Source of the DNA: Tubulanus polymorphus
Lineage: Eukaryota; Animalia; Nemertea
DNA length: 64,000 nucleotides
Assembly: GCF_964204645.1 (NCBI RefSeq)
Contig: NC_134034.1
Span: forward strand, 12,412,962-12,476,961
Reading direction: 5' to 3'
In this document: positions 31,488-42,836 of the stretch, one piece after another
Layout of the letters: each line of letters opens with the position of its first letter
How positions within the stretch are numbered: the first letter of the stretch is position 1
The notes under the pieces: generated by a model
Database searches by the model: none
Told to the model about the DNA's origin: nothing
What the model saw: the letters and a program-made list of their open reading frames with translations, nothing else
Position numbers and translations under genes: made by a program

Positions 31488-32263
31488 GGAACAAAACTAA
31501 TGTCCGAAAGCGTCGGCTCTCCTTCGCCGGTCATGTGTCGAGGAGGTCAGACAAAGAGTCGGTCAGGAAATTCTGCCCTCTACACGCCCTCATACGGAAC
31601 ACGAAAACTAGGATGACGAGGCCTCACTGCCCCCACCTATCTACAAAGTGTGCTGAGTGATGTCAATGACGGGCATATCTGTGGGATTGCGCGGGATACA
31701 AATGGAGCGGTTATACTGGATTGTCACGCTACTAGCATTCATTGTGTCCTTGCGACCGCCCGGATGAGGGATGATTCTACTGTCACGCTCTTTGTTTCTG
31801 GTATTCTGAGTCGGCTGAGGGATGATTCTACTGTCACGCTCTTTGATTTCTAGTTTGAGTGCTAGTTTTCATTGTGTCCTTGTGACAACCTCGGTCAGTG
31901 GATGAAGTCTCTCGTCGGCTTGTGAGTGCTAGTTTCATTGTGTCCTTGTGATAACCTCGGTCAGTGGATGAAGTCTCTTGTCACGCTTTTGGGTGCTAGT
32001 TGAGATCTTGAATCTCAACCCGGTCAAGCTGGTTGTACTGCACTATTTGTGTTTCGTGCAATTTTACAGGTGTGTCAGTTACTGACGTCGCCCAGTACAT
32101 CCTGCAGTTAGATGGGGAATGTGAGGCGTCGTCATCCTGGGTTTCGCGTTCTGTGTGAGGGCGTGTAGAGGGCAGTATATTCCTGGCTGGCTCTTTGTCT
32201 GGTGTTCTGGGCATGTGACCGGCGACGGAGAGCTGTAAAGCTTTCGAACATTAGTTTTGTTCC
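31488..32263 (+). ncRNA. Long imperfect RNA fold-back (~235-bp arms, ~300-nt loop) derived from an RTE-type LINE fragment
   Basis: 31488-31723 is the reverse complement of 32025-32263 (ggaacaaaactaatgt...acattagttttgttcc). About 32 differences give G:U pairs on the + strand versus about 9 A:C. Confidence 0.8.
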
Positions 32264-35200
32264 GTACCAGGTTTTCATCGCTCTTCTCTTTTTTTTAATT
32301 TCAGGACTCCCAAGATGAAGAAGAAGATGCTGAAGGTGACTACAACGAAGAGGATGCCGAAAAAAAGAACACTGAATTCAGCAATATTGAAAGTTAAGTT
32401 GATACACATGTAAATTACGATGCGTGATACGAAAAGGATTGTGTAACTACAGAATATTGTTCTTTTACTCATTTCAGGTTAATCCGTAAAGGCCCATCTA
32501 AAATCTGCCCACCAGAAGTGCCCACAAAAGACTCCACCTTGAAGGACCACCAAAGACCTGCCGCAACCGAACCTGGCAGTCTTGACCTCATCCTGCATGG
32601 CAACAGGAATGCATACATACATAAAGCTAAGTTGATTCTTCATATCTGGGTTAGAATGCATAGGCACTGGAGAGGATAGAGACGCTGGTCAAGCTCACCA
32701 TCTCCGCACTACTTTATTGAAGCTCTGTGGCCGGTAGTAAATTGAAATATAGCTAGGCAATGATTGCTTGAATATTTACAATATTAGACGAAATGATTGA
32801 GTGAGGTCCCTTTAATATTCTTTGGTCTCGTAATTAAAATGTAGATTGGTCAGTTATTGATTGAAAGATTTTGTAAGTATGTAAAATTAAGGTAAATTCA
32901 CATTTAAGGTAAATTCAAATTGTGACATTTGAAATTTTTCAAATGTACCGTAGATATTTCAGGCCTCATATGACTATTGTTTAACTGACAATCAAGATAA
33001 AGATAGGACAATTTACTAATTAACCAATCGCTTAGATATAAGCAATCATTCAATATCTTATAATGTTTGATGAAAAATGCTTCTGGTGTAGATAAAACTA
33101 TGGACTGCAGGTCTTTAAGAAACTGTGATTAGGTCTCAGCACTTTGACAAATCTAGAATTAAACAAAGCTTTCAAATCATTCCCGAAAGCCATACTCTGT
33201 GCCTTGTTTTGCACAATGATTATTGTTTAACTGACAATTATCATATATAGCTAGGAAAAATTGCTCATTAACCAATGGCTTAGATCCACAATAAAGATGA
33301 ATTCATTATTTCTAAGATCAAAAACTATTTATACAGTATGTAATACAGGTCCATAATATAAATGTCGTAAAAACTGAAAATTTAAATTTGGCTGATATAT
33401 GTATGCGCACATCTGAATCAGTCTCATCGACTGATCAGTAATTCTATCTCCAACTGACGTACTTATGGCAACTGGTCATGTTCTTCACAATTGCCAAAAT
33501 TTACCTAAACCTAACTGATTCATCTAAAAGCCATACTGTGTGTCAAGTTACGCATAATAGATATTGTTTAACTGACAAATAGAATCAAAGGTGAATTACT
33601 CATTAATGTATTACTATATGATATCTACGATTAAGGTAAATTCAATATGTTATGTGAAATTGTTATCAATTCAGGTCCATGGACATTTAAAATGTAGCTG
33701 ATTCATGTGTATCTGAATACATTTATTTATCTGTATCTAGTGAACCTATTGTGTCTTCGTACAGCTGTATTAGTTTTGATACAAATTGCCAAAATCATTT
33801 CACACAGATTTACTTCTGATCGAAGGGAGATAAAACAAATCTGTATGTGCACAAATACATTCCTGAATTTGGAAGGGGGAATATTTCAATTTCACTGTGT
33901 ATGTCAGATTGAGAGCCTTATTCTGACAGGATATCCTAAACTTAGGTCTTATTCCTCTTGCTAATAGCTCTCTTTTACTAACCCCTCTCCTTCAAACTAT
34001 TTTCTAGCATCATGTCTTGCACCGCACCAGGGAGGTCCAGTCATAACAAGGTCTTTCGGTCCTTATACACAGTGTACTACTATAAAAGGGAAATAAAGAT
34101 TATATGGCAATTCGGCTTTAAGGGAATTTCTAATTTACCACTTAAATGCGCTTTTATCTTAATTTCTGATGAATTCATAATAGTGATGAATTCACCACAT
34201 GTGAAATTCTACTCATGTAGATTTTCAGGCTCCATGTTCAATTGACTATTAAAATGTAGCTAGTATGATTACTAATTAATGGATCGCTTAGATATCTAGA
34301 AGATTAATTAAAATTAATTCAATGTAATGAAAATAAGTGAAAATTATTTAAAAAATAGTGCAGTGGATGAGATGACTGTATCGTGCAATGTCACCTGCGT
34401 CATAACTGGGCGACATGTGTGTGGGATCTGTTGAATCAGTTAGGTTTTGGGGAATTCTGTATTCGTCAAACTAGATATCAAAAGCTCTTATGCAAAATAA
34501 GCATTTTGAAATAGTGAAAATAGTCTGAAATTCTCGTCATGTAGAAATATAAGCCCCGTATAAAATATTGTCTGAGACAATTTTAATTATAGCTAGGAAA
34601 TTAATTGAGTGATTAGGTATCTAAGATGAAGATTAATTCAGCATCTTCATATAAGGTAAAAGTGCTCAAATCAAGGGTTGATAAGAAAACTATATAATCT
34701 AATTGGTTGATATCTAAAGAAAACAGGGTGTGTTTAAACTCTGTCTCTTAGGCGTGGGATTTATTGAATCTTTATAGGCTTTGCAGAATTCTGGATTTGT
34801 CAAGGCGTTGGAATGATTCAAAGTTTATTAAATCTGTAGAACCATGTTGACCAGGATCAATGCTGGCAGCGCACAGTTAGTTATATTATCATAATTACAA
34901 GATCATTGTATATATTAGGAGCAATATTCAGAATTGCTGAAATGGATTAGAATAACCTTCACTGGGTACAGATGTCACCACCTATGGGTAGAAAACAAAT
35001 CTCCTAAAGTTTATTAATTGACGATGAAGTTAATTTGATAATACGAACAAGGTTTAACTGACAATTGAAATGTATTTAGGGCATTATTACTAGCAGGTTT
35101 GCACTGTACGATGGGCCTGGGTTTCAATAAAAGCCTACTGGTCACTGAGTGTTTAGCACCCAAGAAAGAAAAACATCAAGAATCTCTGAAGATAGAAACA

Positions 35201-36276
35201 GTACAAAAACAATTTGATAAGATTGATTATGCATTACTAAATTTGTTGTAACTCTGGTATTCCTAGAGATGACTAAAGATGCTTTAGTCGAATTGTTTTT
35301 AAACTATAATAATCAACCGTTGCTTAGATATCTAGAATATAGATTAATTACGATATGAGTTGAATTTCATATAGATATTGTTTAATAATTGACTATTATC
35401 AAAATCTACTTACCGGTCCACATTGCTGATCTTATATATATGAATTGACACGTTAATTATGATTAGATATTCAAAAGGATTTTCTGCTCACAAGATTCTG
35501 CTCTTTTTTTCAGCAATACTACTAATCAACTAGTCATAAAATGTACCAAATGATCTTCAACCTTGTAATATAGATATTCCAAATCTCGATGTATTAAAAT
35601 AGGCAGTCAACTTAATTGACCCCAATCAGTCGCTTGCCGGCTCAGACTGGTTGGAAGATTAATTGAATGAACTGGAACCGAATTTCCCAATTATTATTTA
35701 AATTTCCCAATTATTTCCCAATTTCCAAAATCGCGATGTGTTAAATTAGGCGGAAAGAAGTTAACCTTATAGTATAGATATCCAAAGTCACTGATGTATT
35801 AGAATAAGCAGAAAAAAGTTAACCTTGTAATATAGATATCAAAAATCACAGATGTATTGAAATAGGCAGAAAAATTAACCTTGTAATATAGATATCCAAA
35901 ATCACAGATGCAGGCTCTGTCTGACAAACATCTTGACTTAATATGCTCTCTTCCCAATGTCATTTCACTAGCCAGAACTCTGGCGGTGAGAAGTCTGGTG
36001 ATAGCACCATCCAGAATCCGACTCCGGGACTGAGTCCGATGACACCCTCGGACGTTCCAACAACATCATTACCTAGTCAACACGCGGGACAAACAACTTG
36101 GAGGATGAAGACGTCAACATATACCCGAGACAAACTACAATAAACTTTCGGACTATTATATATACGGAAAAAACGACCCAAAAAATTATGTAAACTTGAC
36201 CCCCGATCACACGACTATATCTGTACTTCGATTTCGAAAAAAGACCAAAGAAATGTATAGACAAAATTCTTCAACC

Positions 36277-36997
36277 TTGTAAACTTTCGGACTACATGAA
36301 AAAAAATACCAAAGAAATGTATAACTTAGACAAAATTATCTTATTGTAAACTTTCGGACTACTAGAAAAAAAAATACCAAAGAAATGTATAACTTAGACA
36401 AAATTATCTTATTGTAAACTTTCGGACTACATAAAAAAAAAATACCAAAGAAATGTATAACTTAGACAAAATTATCTTATTGTAAACTTTCGGACTACAT
36501 AAAAAAAAAATACCAAAGAAATGTATAACTTAGACAAAATTATCTTATTGTAAACTTTCGGACTACATGAAAAAAAATACCAAAGAAATGTATAACTTAG
36601 ACAAAATTATCTTATTGTAAACTTTCGGACTACATAAAAAAAAAATACCAAAGGAATGTATAACTTAGACGAAATTATCTTATTGTAAACTTTCGGACTA
36701 CATGAAAAAAAATACCAAAGAAATGTATAACTTAGACGAAATTATCTTATTGTAAACTTTCGGACTACATGAAAAAAAATACCAAAGAAATGTATAACTT
36801 AAACAAAATTATCTTAATGTAAACTTTCGGACTACATGAAAAAAAATACCAAAGAAATGTATAACTTAGACGAAATTATCTTATTGTAAACTTTCGGACT
36901 ACGTGAAAAAAAATACCAAAGAAATGTATAACTTAGACGAAATTATCTTATTGTAAACTTTCGGACTACATGAAAAAAAAATACCAAAGAAATGTAT
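36277..36997. repeat. ~67-bp tandem repeat, 11 copies
   Basis: ttgtaaactttcggactacatgaaaaaaaataccaaagaaatgtataacttagacaaaattatctta repeated head to tail with no spacers. Confidence 0.95.
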
Positions 36998-39900
36998 TAT
37001 AAAAATGTATAACTAAAGGTCAACCAACTGAGATGATCGTCTCCAATAACGAACCCAGCAATCATGAAAGGTAACTTGATATATGTGGAATTATTTCGAT
37101 TTATTCTTTATGTAATGTTTTGTGATAACAGGACATCATCTTTTTATGATTGCAGCTAAGTTTCAACTATCAGAAAAAGCCCAGCTTGAGATCAACTACT
37201 CGGCCAAAATCTACAAACTGGAACGGTGCACAGAAAAGGGCATGACTGAACCCAGCAATCTTTATTGCCGGTATATATAGATTTCAGGCCTCATATGAAT
37301 ATCATTTAATAAGTGACTATCATCAAAATCTACCGGTCCACATGGCTGATCTTACTAGTCTTAAACAGTGATGAACTAGTCCTACTACTGTAATTGATTA
37401 TTGGGGTTTAAATTGGGCAATTGACGTCAATGAATTTTACTTTGTGAAAAACATTGTTGCTCGTTATTTGAAATGACATGTAAATTATGATAGATATATC
37501 TGTCTGAAATGTTTTGCTTTCTTCACTTTGTTTCAGCCAAACTACATCTCGGAAATAATGGTCTGAAGAAGACACCCACAACGATTACTGATTGACCCAT
37601 TTCCTGATGAAAACTGCAGAAGCCCAGGTGATAAGTTGAGGAGCCAGTGACGGATTAATCACTCGACGTTTGATTTCTATAAAACATTTTATCAAGAGCA
37701 GCAAAGACAATAGTGAATCTTATAAACACTGATTCGAGCAGCAAAACTAATGGATTATTTCATAAACACTGATTCAGGATAAACAATGTTTTAAAAGCAG
37801 CAAAGACAATAGTGCATCTTATTAGGAGCAGCATAGATAATAGTGCATGTTATAAACACTGAGATCCAGGAGCGGCGAAGACAATAGCAGAATTCTGTAG
37901 TAAAGTATTGATTTTTTACTTATCACCTTTTTGAAACCAGTCTGATCGATAATATAGTGTTTTCGAGGAAACTATTTTATAATGTTTTATCCAATGTGAG
38001 AGTCTATTAATAAAAGCTAAGCTCCATTAATTCAAGATATTGGTCTTCGATCCGTGGTTGATAGATAAGTCAAGTTAGGTTAGTCACTAGGGGTAAATGT
38101 CGGAGTCGAGCGCCTAGTTTGGACTCGTAGGTCTGTTCGAGTTAACGCCTAAACTGAGATATAGTTTCAACTTGATATTGATAACTTACCATAGTTAAAC
38201 ATAGTCAACTGGCTATTTGTCGGTATAGATATCACGTAGTTAGGAAACATAGGACATAGCGTTAGACCAGTGTTGATGTACAAATATTAAGTATTTGCTG
38301 AATTGTAGATGTACTAATTTGATGGCATTGATATTTTCGGACGGCCCATGTAACCAATTTGACAAATGAATCGTAGATGTCGATTTTCACATCGACCTGT
38401 AAGCCTCCATCAAACTGTTTGATGATCATAGCTACGTATTTGAAAACAAAAGCTTTATCTGAAAGGAGACCATTATTTACATTTGAGAGGTTAAGCTAGG
38501 ATTAACAAGACATAAAGTTATAGCTAGGACTAATTTTGAACGTTTTAACATCGTTTATAGCTGTTTGAACTTCTTTTATTGTAATGGGTAAATCCATATC
38601 ACGAGATGGCTCTCGTGAATAATCACTTAACTTCAAATTGGGTGTATAATGATTATTAAGGAGTGGCAGTGAATCGGTAGCGCTTTTTTAAATGGGCCCA
38701 GAACTTTACAGTGAAAAAATGCCTGCAGTTGTAAATAGAGGAGTTTAAATGATACATAGTACAAAATACAAGTACATAAATTAATAACAAAATAAATCAA
38801 AAAACCAATAAATAATCGATAGTTAATAATACAAAATAGAAGCACATAAATAAATAGATAATATTAAAAAATAGATTAAAAGTAATAAACAGCAATACAA
38901 ACAAACAACAAATTAATGTTCTATTTACATGAAAAGGCATTTTTTTAAATATTCATCAACAAGGTTCTTCATTTATCGAACAACCTTCCCTAAGTATAGC
39001 GAAAACCCGAGATCTTTTCTGTTGTTATTCAAAGCATTCTATCGGACTCAGTTATTGTAATGAACAAAACAAATAACCATAAACCTTAACTAAATCGAAC
39101 ACACTTAAAGAAAATAACTGATATGATAGAATGCTTTGAATAACTGTGAAGAAAGATCGACCCGTCCTTTCAACTAGCCGCGCTCAATCACTGCTGTGAC
39201 TGTTGATCGTTATACTGGGATAGACTTACTATTTAAAATCTGGTACATACATTTTACTTTTTAGAAAGAATGTAAAACAGCTCTAAACTTAAGTAATTGA
39301 TGTTATTGATTAGTTACCGATTGTATGATTATGTTGATGTTTTCGAAGCTGACAGAAAAGAACATCAGAATACTTAGTATTTAATGCCAAGGTGCTTGGA
39401 CATCTTTAAGACAGGCAAAGTGGGCAAAATTCTAGTTTTCTAGTGAAAGTAATGATTAGTTGATACTGAGATTTCCAAAGTGAATCTGTATGTTCCATCT
39501 CTAGTTTTAATGCTTTTATGTTGGAGACTGTTATTGTAACACAGTTTGCATGTTTGGAAATTAGGAGCTTGCATGGTGATTCCTCGATTAGATTATTATT
39601 ATTGTGTGAATAAAACGATGTACATTTTCATCATTCGCGCTGAAACTTTTAAGTTGTTCAGTTTTATAGCAACAATTCCACTGTGGTGCTTTTTAGTGGT
39701 TCATAAAATACTGATTTAGTTAAGGGCTTGTCGAAAATAGCAGGAGCATAGAATATAAGGAGCAGTTGCTTGATAGGCTAACTTGAGGATGCAGTGCTAA
39801 TTGGTCAATTGTCCTAGCTTTGTTTTGATTATCGGTTTAACCACGTCTGCGTGGGGCCTGTTATATCTGGACTCGAAGAATTTATGATTTTTATATTGAG

Positions 39901-40041
39901 TTGTATTTATATCTACTATCCAAGTTGAATAATACAATTAAGAAGTTACCGAATACCTAGCTTCGCCAATCAAACCACATTTATATGAAAATACTTGATT
40001 TATCTTAAATTATCAAGAAAAAAAACCTTTATGATAGTTTG

Positions 40042-40296
40042 CAGGGTTTGATCTAAGGAATAAATGCCACTTGACATTGGGGCAAGCATATGTAATATCA
40101 CTTGCCCCCTCAAAAGTCAACTTGCCCTACATGAGCAGTCCAATTGTGACACAATCATCCCTTGCATCGAGTGGGTTAAAAGCTTTGAAACATAGAATTA
40201 TACAAGCCCGGTGGACGAGTGATTATGATAATCTGCATGCCCTAATGAAAATAAACTTGTCCCGGGCAATTGGACAAGTGCTTAGATCGGACCCTG
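40042..40296. mobile_element. MITE with CAGGGTCCGATCTAAG-type TIRs
   Basis: cagggtttgatctaagg...cttagatcggaccctg. Related copies at ~2455-2551, 13807-13950 and 62351-62610. Confidence 0.75.
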
Positions 40297-41721
40297 CTTT
40301 GTTACGCTCAAACGTAACATTTGTAATAAGCTAGTTGATAATGTTTGAAGAAATCTCTTAAAGACGAGGAAAATTTGGCAATGTTTGTAGATTTCTTGTA
40401 ATAATTAAGATTAATTAGTTAACCTTAGGCTTCCCAGAGTGAGTGAATTTGTAGGTTTAATGTTTTTATTTTGAACTGTTTTTAAATAACTCATTTAGCA
40501 GGTATAATTGTTGTAATAAAACAACATACATGTTCGTCATTCATGTAAAAAATTTTCAATTGTTTAGTTATGTGTATTGCAAATATATGTATTTATTTCG
40601 CTGTGGTGCTTATCAATGGTTCATAAAATACTATTTTCATCAAGGCCCTTATGGATCAAAGTTTACAATTCTTTGTGTATTTTTGTCATTTTCCTATTGA
40701 TGCAAATTTTATAAATCAGCTGCAGTGGAAATGTATCGTAGATAAAGACTTCTAAATACCTTACATGTAACTTTGTTTTAAGTTAGTACAATTTCATACA
40801 TAGTAATAGAAATAAAATTACTATTAAAATTTGAGAAAATAAGCTAAAAGTTAATAATATGATATGTGAAAATAAAATGATGTTAGAATGTAAATCAGAT
40901 TGATTACTTAATCCTACGCTTTCTAGAGTATTTGGCCAGGTTTATCTCTGGTTTTAGTGCGGGGAGCCATGGACTCACGGTTTAAGAGTCCATGGTTGTG
41001 GGCCATAGACGTTTCTGTTTTAGAGTCTATGGTTGGACCATGGGCGTATAAACTCTCGTTTATAGTTTATACGCCTATGGTGAATGGACTAGTTGTTTTT
41101 GAAAGTCCGTGTTAGAGGAGCTTACGTTATAATTCCTCGAGCACAAACCTGGCATTTTGTATAATTGTTGTATGAGAATAAATATAATTGATTTTGATAT
41201 TTGTCATTCGTTTCAACAAGTGTTACTTAAACGAAGCACTACTAAAAACGAAAACTATATGCACCCGAGAAAACCGACCAGGCAGTTTACGTTTCCGGCT
41301 TAGGTGGTACAGAGCGCCTCAAGTGATGATTTCGAGTATCTTCGGACTTCTTTTTAGTCATGCATAGTTCTAATACCCCAAAGTGCATAGGTCTTCGTTT
41401 TAGTAGCGCATGGTTTTTAGTAACACCCCCATTTCACTGCCTTGCTATAAAATTAACTGCTTTTCGCGGCCGGTCCGTGAATCATTTTCACGAACCCAGG
41501 GCCACTTTCGGTTATCTGAGTTAGTCGACTATAGTCGAACTAAACGAAACCGAATGTCCATTAGGCCTAGTCGGAATTATTCCGATAAATAGTTCGAAAA
41601 TCAAGCACATTCGACCGCAAAATGTACCATGTTGATAGAGAATTTCTCAGTTTTTGGTACAGTACATTATACAATATAACGGCATTTTAAGGGTCCAGAG
41701 GGCAAGGTCCAGCGGCTCAAG

Positions 41722-41776
41722 AGGGTTAGGGTTAGAGTCTAGAGGGTTTAGGGTAAGGTGAAGGGTTAGGGTTAGG
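41722..41776 (+). repeat. Degenerate TTAGGG telomere-like tract
   Basis: agggttagggttagagtctagagggtttagggtaaggtgaagggttagggttagg. Confidence 0.6.
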
Positions 41777-42420
41777 TGTCAACTCTAGTCATCACTTATA
41801 AATACCTAATCAACATTTTTGAGATAGTTCAGTTCAGATCAGATCAGAACAGGGCCGACCTGCGAGTCGTGAGCTCCGGATACTATAACGAAAAGGCCGA
41901 CCTGCGAGTCGCGAGCTTTGACATACATCAATAAATAATATTCACGACAGGTCATCGAAAATATACTAGTTAGTATTCTCCTCGTCTGGATTCGGAGTTT
42001 AAGAGACGTTCGACAAAGGATCGCTTCCGATAGTAGAGCACACCTCTTAAATAGTCTCTCTAAAACATACGCACGGTATCAACTGGTCGACCGGCACGAA
42101 AGGACACCTTTCTGGTGTCTACGGGGGGTTTGGGAGTCCTCCCGCAGAAAATTTTGAAAAATTTAAAGGGCTGAGATGACATTTCCTGGGTTTTGGAAGA
42201 GAAAAATCCTGTTTTAATATGGGTACTTTTTTCCAAGGAATCAGCTAAGTCAAATCCATCCATGAAATAAATAAAATGTTGTTAGAGGAAAAATGTTGAC
42301 TACCGCATTAGCGGCAAGTGCGGTAGGCTAAATTCGCCACTGAACCGTTTTTTGTTTGTGGAACGACGGCTAGCTACTAGACTATCACGGACGTAAAGTA
42401 GTTTATACGTCCATATGAGT

Positions 42421-42836
42421 TTATCAAATGTTCCACTGCCGGGTTGAATACGCGCCTCTGTACCCAGCTCTCAACGATATCGAATTCCAGAGTCCCACGT
42501 CTTTGCGGTCCGAGATCCGACGCGAGTGGATTGACTGCATGATCGAATAATAAAACCCCGGCAATAGACAGATTTTAATTCATAAAAATTCTTATTCAAT
42601 TGAGTGGAGACATATTAGGCTTTTTAGATTACTTGCAGCAGCGTGGATCCTCTGGAAATTCTGCCAACAACTTCAATACGCTTACACTCATAATTTGAAA
42701 AAACCCAAATTTCTTTAATTTTGATGCTGGATTAAACGGTACATCATCATGTAAATCCAGGAGTCCATATTAAGAATTTCGTTTCTTGTTTTCGGTCTTA
42801 AAATGATAGTATCTGTTTTTTTCCAAAGTATTTTAA
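42421..42836 (-). repeat. Truncated 5' flank of a third unit copy
   Basis: 42562-42836 is a near-identical direct repeat of 55909-56187 and an inverted, more diverged copy of 30506-30713. 42421-42456 is the reverse complement of 31096-31131. Confidence 0.8.

Larger units (their letters stand above)
30506..41190 (+). ncRNA. Unit 1: putative spliced long hairpin-RNA/lncRNA gene (RTE-derived stem)
   Basis: G:U-biased fold-back at 31488-32263, GT-AG intron modules at 32393-32477 and 37071-37155, structured 3' element at 40935-41153, AATAAA at 41177. Inverted homology to 43110-56187. No long ORF. Confidence 0.55.

Noticed and set aside
31229-31660. 143-aa ORF as a real protein
   Set aside because: It is a chimera of a hydrophobic start, pyrimidine tracts and a frameshifted RTE fragment.
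36277-36997. CRISPR-like regular array
   Set aside because: No unique spacers, only poly-A length variation; eukaryotic context and no cas genes.
31096-42456. 27-bp inverted repeats as TIRs of an 11-kb DNA transposon
   Set aside because: Inverted homology continues outside them (30506-30713 versus 42562-42790), there is no clear TSD and no transposase. Better explained as part of the duplicated unit.
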